Shown: positions 19,078 to 28,387, counted from the stretch's first letter. The stretch: DNA of 32,000 bases from Kineococcus radiotolerans SRS30216 = ATCC BAA-149 (GCF_000017305.1 NC_009664.2:3210001-3242000); one strand, 5' to 3'. Notes: generated by a model from the sequence alone, not told the origin. Numbers and translations are program-made.

Positions 19078-21165
19078 ATGCAGCGCTCGACGGGCACCCT
19101 CCTCGCCCCGCGCCCCCTCCCCGTCCCCGCCCGGCGCCCCGCCGGTGGCCGTCCCTCCACCGCCCCCGCCGTCCGCGGCGCGCTCACCGCGGTGCTCGTC
19201 GTCGCGCTCGCCCTGGCCGCGGTCCTCGCCGGCCTCGTCCTGGCCCTGCGCTCGCCCGCGCCCTGGACCGCCTCCGTCTTCTCCCTCGCGCTCGCCGCCG
19301 TCGTGCTCGCCACCGAGTCGCGGACGGTCACCCGCCGCACCGGCGGCCCCGACGCGCTGCCGCTGTCCTGGGGCTTCCTCGTCGCCCTCGTCGCCCTCGG
19401 GCCGCTCTCCCTCGCCCTGCTCGTGCGGGCCGGGCCCGCGCTGGTGCGCGGCCTGCGCCGGGGACGGGGACCGGTCGCCCTCGCCCTGGAGGTGGGGACC
19501 CCGGTGGTGGGGGTCCTCGCCTGCCACCTCGTCGTCCGGGCCCTGCTCGGGGCCGACCCGACGGGAGCAGCCGTCCCGTCCCCGGAGCAGTGGCCCGCCG
19601 TCCTCGCCGGCGGCGCCGCGGGCCTGGCGGTGCAGGAGGCCGCCCGCCGCGCCGGCCACCGCGTCGTCGCCCGGCCCCCGGGCCCCCGGCGCGCCGTCGC
19701 CGGCGGCCCGGTGACCCTCGTCGTCCTCGCCTCCGCCCCCGTCGTCGCCGTCAGCGCCGAGGGCGGCGCCTGGCTGCTCCTGCTGGTCTGCGTCCCGCTC
19801 GCCGTGGCGCTCCTCGGCGCCGCCGTGGTCCGCCGGCACGAGCGCCGCGCCGGGGTCGACGACCTCACCGGGCTGCCCGACCGCGAAACCCTGCTCACCG
19901 CGACGAGCCGTGCCCTGCGCGGGGTGGTCCCGGGCCAGCGCCCCCGCACCGGGCCGGGGCTCCTCGTCGTGGACCTCGACCACTTCAAGGACGTCAACGA
20001 CACCCTCGGGCACCCCGTGGGCGACGTGCTGCTGCGCGAGGTCGCCGAGCGGCTCGTCACCCAGGCCCCCCCGGGGACCGTCGTCGCCCGCCTCGGCGGC
20101 GACGAGTTCGGACTGCTGGTCGCCGACGCGGCCGACGCCGAGGCCCTCGCCGCGGCGGTCGTGGCGGAGATGTCGCGCCCCCTGCGGGTGGGCGACCTGC
20201 AGGTCCTGCTGCCGGCGAGCGTCGGGGTCGCGCTGGCCCCCGACCACGGCACCAGCGCCCCCTCGCTGCTCAAGAACGCCGACGTCGCGCTCTACCACGC
20301 CAAGGAGGTGCGCGGCCGGTTCCGCACCTACGCCGGGGGCCGCGACGGCAACAGCGTGCAGAGGCTGCGGCTGCTGGGGGACCTGGGCCGGGCCGTGGAC
20401 CGCGGTGAGCTCCACGTCCGCTACCAGCCGCAGATCGACCTGCGGACCGGGGCCGTCGTCGGCGCCGAGGCCCTCGCGCGGTGGCAGCACCCCGAGCTCG
20501 GACCCGTCGCCCCCGACCGCTTCATCCCCCTCGCCGAGCAGTCCGGCCTCATCGCCGGGGTCACCGCGGTCGTCCTGGACCGGGCCCTGGCCGACGTCGC
20601 CCGCTGGCGCGCGACGGGCGCCACCCCCAGCGTCTCCGTCAACCTCTCGGCCCGCCTGCTCGACGACGACCACCTCCCCGCCCTCGTCGCCGCCGCGCTG
20701 CAGCGCCACGACGTCGAGGCCGACGCCCTGGTCCTCGAGGTGACCGAGACCGGGATCGTGTCCGACCCCGAGCGGGCCGGGGCCGTGGTGCGCCGGCTGC
20801 GCGCCCTCGGCTGCGCGGTGGCCGTCGACGACTACGGCACGGGCCAGTGCTCCCTGACCTACCTCACCGACCTCGCCGTCGACGAGCTGAAGATCGACCG
20901 CAGCTTCGTCACCGGGATGACCACCGACCGGGCGCGCGCCGTGATCGTCCGCTCGACCGTCCAGATGGCCCGCGACCTGGGGCTGCGCGTCGTGGCCGAG
21001 GGCGTCGCCGACGCCGCCACCCAGCGCGCGCTGGCCGACCTCGGCTGCCACGTCGCCCAGGGCGAGCACGTCGGGGACCCCGCGACGGCCCTCGAGGTCC
21101 TCGCCCGGCTCCAGGGCCAGGCGCGGGCCGGGGTCGCGGGCGGACCGGGCGCGCGGGAGGGCTGA
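19078..21165 (+). CDS. Membrane-anchored diguanylate cyclase/phosphodiesterase (GGDEF-EAL)
   Basis: A GGAGGTGGAGG Shine-Dalgarno sequence precedes ATG 19078. The N-terminal ~250 aa form a multi-helix region. The GGDEF motif is intact (RLGGDEFGLL, 20095-20109). The EAL domain is intact (EALARW, DDYGTGQCSL, ELKIDRSFV). Confidence 0.9.
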   Translation: MQRSTGTLLAPRPLPVPARRPAGGRPSTAPAVRGALTAVLVVALALAAVLAGLVLALRSPAPWTASVFSLALAAVVLATESRTVTRRTGGPDALPLSWGFLVALVALGPLSLALLVRAGPALVRGLRRGRGPVALALEVGTPVVGVLACHLVVRALLGADPTGAAVPSPEQWPAVLAGGAAGLAVQEAARRAGHRVVARPPGPRRAVAGGPVTLVVLASAPVVAVSAEGGAWLLLLVCVPLAVALLGAAVVRRHERRAGVDDLTGLPDRETLLTATSRALRGVVPGQRPRTGPGLLVVDLDHFKDVNDTLGHPVGDVLLREVAERLVTQAPPGTVVARLGGDEFGLLVADAADAEALAAAVVAEMSRPLRVGDLQVLLPASVGVALAPDHGTSAPSLLKNADVALYHAKEVRGRFRTYAGGRDGNSVQRLRLLGDLGRAVDRGELHVRYQPQIDLRTGAVVGAEALARWQHPELGPVAPDRFIPLAEQSGLIAGVTAVVLDRALADVARWRATGATPSVSVNLSARLLDDDHLPALVAAALQRHDVEADALVLEVTETGIVSDPERAGAVVRRLRALGCAVAVDDYGTGQCSLTYLTDLAVDELKIDRSFVTGMTTDRARAVIVRSTVQMARDLGLRVVAEGVADAATQRALADLGCHVAQGEHVGDPATALEVLARLQGQARAGVAGGPGAREG

Positions 21166-21173
21166 GCGGGCGC

Positions 21174-21848
21174 TCACGCGCCGCGCACCGCGACGACGGT
21201 CCGCCCGGCCGCCGCGGTCACCCGGGTCGCCGTGGCGGGTTCCACCGCCACCAGGACGCTCGTGGCCGAGGACCCGGGGGTCCCGCCCAGCAGCCCGGTC
21301 GCGGTCCGTGCCGGGGGGACCCGCAGCACCACGACGTCGGTGGCGATCCGCTCCGCCCCCGTGGCGGCGCCGGTGAGGGGGTCCTCGGTGCGGGCCAGGA
21401 CGTCGACGTGGACGCCGGGCCCGAGCCCGGCCAGCACCGCCGGGTCGCCCACGTCCACGGTCACCGCCAGCGTCCCGGCCGGCTGCCCGGTGAGGACCGA
21501 CGCGTCGGCGGCGCGGGCGTCGGTGAGCACCTCGCCCCGCCGCACGGGGCCGGCGAGCACGGCGCCGGTCAGGCGGGTGCGGTCGAGGAGGCCGTCGGGC
21601 AGCGTCTCGCCGGGCCGCTGGACCTCACGGACGTCGCCCGGGCCCAGCACCGCCCCCACCGGCAGGTCGCGGACGGCGACCAGCGCCGGGGACGTGGCGG
21701 GGGCCGCGGGCGCCAGGGTGGCCACGGCCGCACCGCCGGCCGCGGCGACGAGGCCCGCGGCCAGCCAGCGCCGCGCCAGGCGCCGCCGCCGGCGCGACCA
21801 GGGGCCGACCGCGGTGCGCGCCGTCGCTCGAGGGGTGGGGAGGGGCAT
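21174..21848 (-). CDS. SAF domain protein (CpaB/RcpC-like N-terminal anchor)
   Basis: An Arg-rich N-terminus and one transmembrane helix are followed by a SAF-like segment (LVAVRDLPVGAVLGPGDV...LAGPVRRGEVLT). Its position next to the zinc-ribbon gene matches conserved actinobacterial synteny. Confidence 0.65.
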   Translation of the reverse strand: MPLPTPRATARTAVGPWSRRRRRLARRWLAAGLVAAAGGAAVATLAPAAPATSPALVAVRDLPVGAVLGPGDVREVQRPGETLPDGLLDRTRLTGAVLAGPVRRGEVLTDARAADASVLTGQPAGTLAVTVDVGDPAVLAGLGPGVHVDVLARTEDPLTGAATGAERIATDVVVLRVPPARTATGLLGGTPGSSATSVLVAVEPATATRVTAAAGRTVVAVRGA

Positions 21849-21854
21849 GCCCGG

Positions 21855-21860
21855 ACGCTA
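21855..21860 (-). promoter_or_regulatory. Candidate -10 hexamer (TAGCGT) for a leaderless SAF gene
   Basis: The minus strand reads TAGCGT-ccgggc-ATG, a 6-nt spacer with no Shine-Dalgarno sequence. Confidence 0.3.
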
Positions 21861-21944
21861 GGCCGGGCCGCACCCGCCCCGGGCCCGTCGGCGCCCGGCT
21901 GTGGAGGACGGCCGCCGCGACGGGCCTGGGGGGACCGCGGTGGT

Positions 21945-22301
21945 TCAGGCGGCGGAGCTGGACCCGCTGCCGGAGGAGGTGGTGGTGGAGCTGGACCCGC
22001 TGCTGGAGGAGCTGCCGGAGGTCGTGCCCGAACCGCTGGACGACGTCGTGCTCGACGTCTCCTTGGAGGCGCTGCCGGACCCGCTGCCGGACCCGCCGGA
22101 GGAACCCTCCGAGGACGACGACGCGCTGCGGGAGTCGTTGCGGTAGAAGCCGGACCCCTTGAACACGATGCCGACGTTGTTGAACAGCTTGCGCAGCTGA
22201 CCGGAGCACTCGGGGCAGACGGTCAGGGCGTCGTCGCTGAAGGATTGGCGGACCTCGAAGGAGTGTCCGCACGACTGGCAGGCGTAGGCGTAGGTGGGCA
22301 C
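21945..22301 (-). CDS. FmdB-family CxxC zinc-ribbon protein with a Ser/Gly/Thr-rich disordered tail (Ruc/Rv0991c-like)
   Basis: The N-terminus VPTYAYACQSCGHSFEVRQSFSDDALTVCPECSGQLRKLF..FKGSGFYRNDSR has two CxxC pairs. It is followed by about 60 residues that are almost entirely S, G and T. A GGAG lies 7-8 nt before GTG 22301. The track ORF start at 22634 is an over-extension. Confidence 0.85.
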   Translation of the reverse strand: MPTYAYACQSCGHSFEVRQSFSDDALTVCPECSGQLRKLFNNVGIVFKGSGFYRNDSRSASSSSEGSSGGSGSGSGSASKETSSTTSSSGSGTTSGSSSSSGSSSTTTSSGSGSSSAA

Positions 22302-22330
22302 GCTGTCTCCGTAGCTCCGGGACCCCGGCT

Positions 22331-22353
22331 GGCACTCGGGGAGTTCGAGTGCC
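22331..22353 (-). terminator. Hairpin downstream of the glycosidase gene (weak terminator candidate)
   Basis: ggcactcg (22331-22338) and cgagtgcc (22346-22353) form a perfect 8-bp stem around a 7-nt loop, 32 nt past the stop at 22385. No U-tract follows. Confidence 0.3.
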
Positions 22354-22384
22354 AATGGTACTCGGCGCGCACCGCTGCGGGGGC

Positions 22385-25345
22385 TCAGCGCACCTGCCGC
22401 TGGTAGCGGTCGAGGAGCGGGCCCGCCGGCTGCACCCGCAGCCAGCCGTCGTCCACCCCCGGCGCCGCGGACCGGGCCGCGGCGGGCGGGCTGGCCGCGT
22501 CGGCGGCCACCGACAGCGAGGCCGCGGTCCCCGTCCCCACCCGCAGGACCTCCTCCTCGCGCACGACTCCCGTCGCCGCGCCGCTCTCCACGACCGCCAC
22601 CCGCGCCCCGCCCGCGCGCAGCGCCGTCGTCCACCGCCGCAGCAGCGCCGCCTCGTCGGGATCCGCGACCGGTCCGGCGCTCACCACCACGACGCTGCGC
22701 GCGGCCGGCCCCGCGCCGGCGAGGTCGTCGCGCAACCGGACCAGCGCCTGCGGGTCGGAGGCGCGGACCGTCCCCCCGGCGGTCGCGACGTGGACGAACC
22801 GGGTGCCCGCGACGTCGACGGCGCGGGGGAGGGCCCCCGCCGAGGAGAGACCGCCGGCGGCGGGGGTCCCCCGCTCACCGCCGCCGGGGACCCAGGCCCA
22901 GGTCGTGCCCGGCGGCAGCGTCCGCGCCAGCACCGACCGGACGAGGTCGACGTCCGCCCCGGTGCCCGCGCGCCCGCCGGACCCGACCGCGTCCCCCGCC
23001 AGGACGACGTGCCGGGCCCCGCCGGCGACGGCGCGGCGCAGCTCCGCCGCCAGGTGCTCGGCCGAGGCGGGGCGCGCGGCGCTGACCCCCGCGCCGGAGA
23101 GCACCGCCACCCGCGCGGTGCGCGGTCCGCCCGCCGCGAGCGGGCCCAGCGCGGGGTCGCCCGTCGCCGTCGCCGTGCTCGCCGGCGGGGGGACCACGGC
23201 CTGCAGGGACGCGACGTCCAGCGCCCCCGCCCGCCGGGTCGCCGCCGAGGTCTGGGCCAGGTACAGCCGTTCCACCGCCACCGAGCGGGCGCCCTCGGGG
23301 ACGGGGGCGCGCAGGGTGCGCCACCCGGTGAAGTCGACCCGGGCCGCGAACGTGACCGGCCGCTGCGCGCCGTCCACCAGCAGCACCCCCCGCAACCACC
23401 CGCCCCCGCCGTCCCCGCGCACCTGCAGCGCGACCTCCCGCGTCCCGCCCGGCAGCCGCACGGGGGCCCGGGGCAGGAGGGCGGCGGTGCTGGTGCCGAC
23501 CGGCTGCCCGGTGGGGTCGTGGGTCAGCCGCAGCGCGGCCCGCACCCCGGGCAGGTCCGCGACCTCGACGCGGCTCACCGAGGCCGTGGAGCGGACCGCG
23601 CCCGCCGTCCACGCCGCGGGGTCGTCGAGGGCGTCGAGGGTGACGGTGGAGGAGCCGAGGGCGACCCCCGTGCTCGTCCTCACCCCGGCCGCGGCGAGAC
23701 CCAGGTCGACGGTCGCGGGCCCGGCGGCCACGGCGGTCAGCCGCAGCCGGCCGTCGGGCAGGGCCTCGGCGCGCAGGAGGGCGGGGTCGGTGGTGACGGC
23801 GACGTCGGCGGCGTCGAGGGCGGCGGCGCGGCCCTCGACGTCGCGCCCGAGGACGGTGACGTCGGCGGTGGCGCCGGGGCCGGGCAGCGCGGCGGGGGCC
23901 TGCAGGCCGAGGCGGGCCAGCGGCCCGAGGACCTCCACGTCGAGCGCGCCGGTGGCGGTCCCGGTGCCGGCCCGCAGCGCGGTCCGCCCGGGGGCGGTCC
24001 CGCGCACCCGGGTGCCCTCGACGCTCGCGAGCGCCGGGTCGGCGACGGTCAGGACCGGGGTGCCGGGGGCGGGGGCGCCCGCCGCGTCCACGGGCACGGC
24101 CTCGACCCGGCGTCCCAGGCCGGGGAAGACCCGCAGGGGGGTCCCGCGGTTCAGCACCACCGACGCCGCCCCGGCCGCGGCGGGGGCGGGGACGAGACCG
24201 ACGGCGTGGGCGACGGGGCGGGCCGCGCCGTCGGAGGGGACGGTCACCTCGCTCACCCCCGCGTCGCCGGGGCGGCGGGCGACGAGCTGGGCCGACCCGC
24301 CGCCGTCGAGCATGACCGCGCCCCGGGCGCCGGCCTCGACCATGCGCTGGGCGGTCTCGACGGCGGTGAGGCCGCGGGAGCGGGAGGTGCCGCCGTCGAC
24401 GGTGAGCAGCAGCAGGTCGCCAGTGGCGGTCCAGCCCAGGGCGGTGCGGGCGCGCAGCGCCGCCCAGGTCGGGTCGGCGACGTCGATGGGCGCGATCGCG
24501 CCGTCGCGGACCAGTTCCAGGCGGGCCCCGAGGGCGAACCCGCGCGAGCCGGGGGAGAGGGCGTCGTCGCGGACCCGCAGGTCGGTGCCGGCCGCCGCCC
24601 CCACCGGGGTGGCCGAGAGGGCGCGGGCGCGGGAGCCGGTGGCGACCAGGACGTACCCGTCGGCGGGGACGGGGACCGCGCCGGGGGCGCGGACGGCGCT
24701 GACCCGTCCGGCGCGGACCTCCAGCTCGACCGCCCCGGCCGCGGGGTCGGCGACGGTGAGCGCGCGGTCGCCGGCGCCCCAGGCGGGGGGGAAGAGCGCG
24801 AGGGAGTCGGCGGGGACGGTGCGGGTGCCCAGCGCGGCGAGGGGGTGGGTGCTCCCGGCCAGGGTGGCGCTGCCCTGGAGGAGGACCTGGCCGAGCCGCC
24901 CGGTCCAGCCCGCGGCGCCGGCCTCCACGCCGACGGCGGTCTGGGGGGTGGCGTCGGCCTTGAGGGGGGTCCCGTCCACGACGACGGGTCCGTCGGGTGT
25001 CCCGGTGCGGTCGATGTCGAAGAAGTCGCCGTTGACGGCGGCGACGGCACCGGCGGCCGCGGCCAGGTCGGCGGGGGTGCGCGGGGTGGTGAGGTCCTGC
25101 TGCAGCAGCCGGGGGACGGTGCTGGACCCGGAGGCCAGGCGCAGCAGGGAGGTGCGGACGGGACCGGCGGGGTCGAGGGTGGTGCGGCGCTCCAGGCTCA
25201 GGCCCGGGGCGATGGTCTCGCGGTCGCTGGACACCTCGACCGCGGTGAGCGCGTCGGCGAGCGCGGGGGTGGCGGTGGTGGTGGTGAGCAGGGCCGCGAG
25301 GAGGGTGGAGCAGACCCCGGCGGTGGCGGTGCGGACGACGCGCAT
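22385..25345 (-). CDS. Secreted phosphodiester glycosidase (NAGPA/DUF2233-like) fusion protein with a C-terminal metallophosphoesterase-like region, 986 aa
   Basis: A signal peptide ends ...TPALA-DA. NAGPA-like motifs are present: AVNGDFFDI, RTALGWTATGDLLLLTVDG and GAVMLDGGGSAQL. The middle is Ala/Gly/Val-rich and beta-like. The C-terminal segment RVAVLSG...VVLAGDAV...WVPGGGERG resembles a calcineurin-like fold but lacks the usual DxH and GNHE residues. Confidence 0.7.
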   Translation of the reverse strand: MRVVRTATAGVCSTLLAALLTTTTATPALADALTAVEVSSDRETIAPGLSLERRTTLDPAGPVRTSLLRLASGSSTVPRLLQQDLTTPRTPADLAAAAGAVAAVNGDFFDIDRTGTPDGPVVVDGTPLKADATPQTAVGVEAGAAGWTGRLGQVLLQGSATLAGSTHPLAALGTRTVPADSLALFPPAWGAGDRALTVADPAAGAVELEVRAGRVSAVRAPGAVPVPADGYVLVATGSRARALSATPVGAAAGTDLRVRDDALSPGSRGFALGARLELVRDGAIAPIDVADPTWAALRARTALGWTATGDLLLLTVDGGTSRSRGLTAVETAQRMVEAGARGAVMLDGGGSAQLVARRPGDAGVSEVTVPSDGAARPVAHAVGLVPAPAAAGAASVVLNRGTPLRVFPGLGRRVEAVPVDAAGAPAPGTPVLTVADPALASVEGTRVRGTAPGRTALRAGTGTATGALDVEVLGPLARLGLQAPAALPGPGATADVTVLGRDVEGRAAALDAADVAVTTDPALLRAEALPDGRLRLTAVAAGPATVDLGLAAAGVRTSTGVALGSSTVTLDALDDPAAWTAGAVRSTASVSRVEVADLPGVRAALRLTHDPTGQPVGTSTAALLPRAPVRLPGGTREVALQVRGDGGGGWLRGVLLVDGAQRPVTFAARVDFTGWRTLRAPVPEGARSVAVERLYLAQTSAATRRAGALDVASLQAVVPPPASTATATGDPALGPLAAGGPRTARVAVLSGAGVSAARPASAEHLAAELRRAVAGGARHVVLAGDAVGSGGRAGTGADVDLVRSVLARTLPPGTTWAWVPGGGERGTPAAGGLSSAGALPRAVDVAGTRFVHVATAGGTVRASDPQALVRLRDDLAGAGPAARSVVVVSAGPVADPDEAALLRRWTTALRAGGARVAVVESGAATGVVREEEVLRVGTGTAASLSVAADAASPPAAARSAAPGVDDGWLRVQPAGPLLDRYQRQVR

Positions 25346-25351
25346 GCGCTC

Positions 25352-25357
25352 ACAGTA
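25352..25357 (-). promoter_or_regulatory. Candidate -10 hexamer (TACTGT) for a leaderless glycosidase gene
   Basis: The minus strand reads TACTGT-gagcgc-ATG within a short low-GC patch (25346-25385). Confidence 0.35.
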
Positions 25358-25366
25358 ATCACCACA

Positions 25367-26869
25367 TCACTCACCGTTGGGTGAACTGCGCCACCCGGCG
25401 AGCTTCCCGTGCCGGCTGATGGCCTGCAGGCGCTCTTCCACCGCGGACCGCTCGCTCGTCGCGGTCACCACGAGCAGGTCGTCGCCGCGGCGCAGCACCG
25501 TCCGCGGCTGCGGGACGAAGGTCGCGCCGTCGCGGGCCACGAGGCTCACGTTCGCCCCCCGCGGCAGCCGCAGCTCGAAGACCTCCACCCCGTGCAACCG
25601 GGACGCCGGCCCGACCCGGACCTGCACGACGTCGGCCGACAGCGTGCCCAGCGGCGACACCTCGACGTCGAGCTCCTGGGTCGGGGTGCTGGGGATCAGC
25701 CCCAGCCGGCGGGCCACCGGGGCCAGCGTGGGGGCCTGGACGAGGGTGAACACGACGACCAGCACGAGGACGAGGTCGAACAGCCGCTCCGAGCCCTCGA
25801 CGCCGGCCACCACCGGCACCGTGGCCAGCACCACCGGGACCGCTCCGCGCAGACCCGCCCAGGACAGGAACAGCAGCTCCCGCCCCGGCATCCGGAACCC
25901 GGCGAGGCTGACCAGGACCGAGACGGGCCGGGCCAGCAGCGTCAGCACGAGACCGACCAGCAGCGCGTCGACCAGCGCGTTCGGCAGGCGGGAGGGGCTG
26001 GCCAGCAGCCCGAGCATGACGAACAGGCCGATCTGGGCGAGCCAGCCGAACCCCTCCGCGAAGCCGCGGGTCGCGTGCCGGTGCGGCAGCCGGGCGTTGC
26101 CCAGCACCAGGCCGCACAGGTAGGTCGCCAGGAACCCCGAGGCGTGCAGGACGTCGGCCACGGCGAAGGCCATCACCGTCAGGGCCAGGACCGCGACGGG
26201 GTAGAGCCCGGAGCTGGGCAACGCGGTGCGCCGCAGCAGGAACGCGCCCGCGGCCCCGATCCCGACCCCCACCGCGGTGCCGAGCACGAGCTCGAGGACG
26301 GCCTCCCCGGCGAAGTACCACCAGGCGTGGTGGGCGGTCCCGCCCGCCACCTCGGTCAGGGCCAGGACGGCGATGACGACGGGGGCGTCGTTCAGCCCCG
26401 ACTCCGCCTCCAGCAGCCCCGACAGCCGGCGCGGCAGCGGCACCGAGCGCAGCACGGAGAACACCGCGGCGGCGTCGGTGGAGGACACCACCGCCCCGAT
26501 GAGCAGCGAGACCGGCCAGGTGGTCTGCAGCAGCAGGTGCGCGCCCACGCCCACGACCCCGATCGAGACGAGGGTGCCCGCGGTGGAGAGCACCGCGGCC
26601 GGGGCCACGACCCCGCGGATCGCGGACCACCGCGTCGTGAGACCGCCCTCGGCGAGGATCAGGACGAGGGCGCCGTAGCCGAGGACCTGGGCGATCTCGG
26701 CGTCGGCGAAGGGGATGCCCAGCCCGTCCTCGCCCAGCACCAGGCCCAGGCCCAGGTAGATCAGCAGCGAGGGCAGACCCGTGCGGGCCGAGAGGCGCAC
26801 GGCGAGGACGGCGAGCAGGAGGACCCCGGAGGACAGCAGCAGGACGCGGCTGAACTCGTCCAGGGTCAT
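25367..26869 (-). CDS. Potassium/proton antiporter, CPA1 family (NhaP2/CvrA-like) with a C-terminal TrkA-C/RCK_C domain
   Basis: The N-terminus LSARTGLPSLLIYLGLGLVLGEDGLG and the ~12 helices that follow are typical of the family. The soluble tail VFELRLPRGANVSLVARDG...LRRGDDLLVV is RCK_C-like. Confidence 0.85.
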   Translation of the reverse strand: MTLDEFSRVLLLSSGVLLLAVLAVRLSARTGLPSLLIYLGLGLVLGEDGLGIPFADAEIAQVLGYGALVLILAEGGLTTRWSAIRGVVAPAAVLSTAGTLVSIGVVGVGAHLLLQTTWPVSLLIGAVVSSTDAAAVFSVLRSVPLPRRLSGLLEAESGLNDAPVVIAVLALTEVAGGTAHHAWWYFAGEAVLELVLGTAVGVGIGAAGAFLLRRTALPSSGLYPVAVLALTVMAFAVADVLHASGFLATYLCGLVLGNARLPHRHATRGFAEGFGWLAQIGLFVMLGLLASPSRLPNALVDALLVGLVLTLLARPVSVLVSLAGFRMPGRELLFLSWAGLRGAVPVVLATVPVVAGVEGSERLFDLVLVLVVVFTLVQAPTLAPVARRLGLIPSTPTQELDVEVSPLGTLSADVVQVRVGPASRLHGVEVFELRLPRGANVSLVARDGATFVPQPRTVLRRGDDLLVVTATSERSAVEERLQAISRHGKLAGWRSSPNGE

Positions 26870-26874
26870 GCCGC

Positions 26875-26880
26875 ACCGTA
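26875..26880 (-). promoter_or_regulatory. Candidate -10 hexamer (TACGGT) for a leaderless antiporter gene
   Basis: The minus strand reads TACGGT-gcggc-ATG, a 5-nt spacer with no Shine-Dalgarno sequence. Confidence 0.3.
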
Positions 26881-26929
26881 GCGCCCCCTAGGTTGGGGCC
26901 GTGCAGCCGAGAGTGGACGGGTCGAGCCG

Positions 26930-28375
26930 GTGATCGGCCGTGCGACGGTGGTGGGGTCCGGACCGAACGGCCTCTCGGCCGCGGTGGTCCTGGCCCGGGC
27001 GGGCCTGGAGGTCACGGTGCTGGAGGCGAACCCCCACATCGGGGGCGGCGCCGCCAGTGCCGAACTGCTGGGGCCCGGGATCCTCAGCGACCTGGGGTCG
27101 GCCGTCCACCCGTTCGGGGTGGCCAGCCCCTTCTTCCGCGACCTCCCGCTGGAACGGCACGGCCTGCGGTGGCGCCACGGCCGCCACCCCGTGGGACACC
27201 CCCTCGACGGCGGGCCGGCCGCGATCCTGCCGCACGACCTGGACGAGGCGGTCGAGTCCCTGGGTCGGGACGGCCGGGCGTGGCGGACGCTCTTCGCCGC
27301 TCCGGTGCGGCAGTGGGAGCAGTTGGTGCCCGACGTCCTCGGACCGCTGCTCCGGGTCCCCCCGTCGCCCCTCGCCCTGGCGAGCTTCGGGGCCCGCGCT
27401 GCGTGGCCGAGCTCCCTGCTGACCCGCGCCGCCTTCCGCGACGAACCGGCCCGGGCCCTCTTCGCCGGGATGGCGGCCCACGCCCTGCAGCCGCACAGCC
27501 ATCCGCTCACCGCGGCGTTCGGCGTGCTGTTCGGCGCGGCGGCCCACACCACCGGCTGGCCCGTGCCCGTCGGAGGTGCGGGAGCGATCACCCGGGCGTT
27601 GGCCGGTGTGCTGGCCGAGCATGGGGGGCGGGTCCTGGTCGACCACCCGGTGACCTCGCTGGCCGACCTCGAGGTCGCCGGGCCCGCGGACGTGACGCTG
27701 CTGGACCTGACGCCCCACCAGCTGCTGCGCATCGCCGGCGACGAGCTCCCCGCCGGGTACGCCCGTCAGCTGCGGCGGTGGCGCCACGGCCCGGGCGCCC
27801 ACAAGGTCGACTACCTCCTGGACGGCCCCGTGCCGTGGCGCGATCCGCGCCTGGGCGAGGTGGTGACGGTCCACCTCGGAGGAGCTGCGGCCGAAGTCGC
27901 GGCCGTCGAGGCCGACGTCGTCCGCGGTCGCCATCCCGAGCGGCCCTTCGTCCTCCTCGCCCAGCAGGACGTGGCGGACCCGGGGCGGGCTCCGGCCGGT
28001 CAGCGCGTGGTCTGGGCGTACGCCCACACCCCGCAGGGGTCCACCGACCCGCGGACCGGTGAACGCGTCGACCGCCAGGTGGAACGCTTCGCGCCCGGCT
28101 TCCGCGACCGGGTGATCGCCCGCGTCGAGACGACCCCGGCCCAGCTCGAGGCGGGCAACGCGAACCTCGTCGGGGGGGACGTCGGCGGGGGAGCGCTCAC
28201 GCTGCGGCAGCAGGTGTTCCGGCCGGTCGTGGGCGCCGACCCGTACCGGGTTCCCCACGGGAACCTGTACCTCTGCTCCGCCGCCACCCCGCCCGGGGGC
28301 GGGGTGCACGGCATGTGCGGCTTCCACGCTGCGACCCGGGCCCTCACGGACCTGGCCCGCCGGCGACGGGGCTGA
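26930..28375 (+). CDS. FAD-dependent oxidoreductase, phytoene desaturase (CrtI)-like family
   Basis: The N-terminal dinucleotide-binding motif is VVGSGPNGLSAAVVLARAGLEVTVLEANPHIGGG. The length and the C-terminal ...LYLCSAATPPGGGVHGMCG fit CrtI-like amine-oxidase folds. Confidence 0.75.
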   Translation: MIGRATVVGSGPNGLSAAVVLARAGLEVTVLEANPHIGGGAASAELLGPGILSDLGSAVHPFGVASPFFRDLPLERHGLRWRHGRHPVGHPLDGGPAAILPHDLDEAVESLGRDGRAWRTLFAAPVRQWEQLVPDVLGPLLRVPPSPLALASFGARAAWPSSLLTRAAFRDEPARALFAGMAAHALQPHSHPLTAAFGVLFGAAAHTTGWPVPVGGAGAITRALAGVLAEHGGRVLVDHPVTSLADLEVAGPADVTLLDLTPHQLLRIAGDELPAGYARQLRRWRHGPGAHKVDYLLDGPVPWRDPRLGEVVTVHLGGAAAEVAAVEADVVRGRHPERPFVLLAQQDVADPGRAPAGQRVVWAYAHTPQGSTDPRTGERVDRQVERFAPGFRDRVIARVETTPAQLEAGNANLVGGDVGGGALTLRQQVFRPVVGADPYRVPHGNLYLCSAATPPGGGVHGMCGFHAATRALTDLARRRRG

Positions 28376-28387
28376 GGCGCGGGAGTC

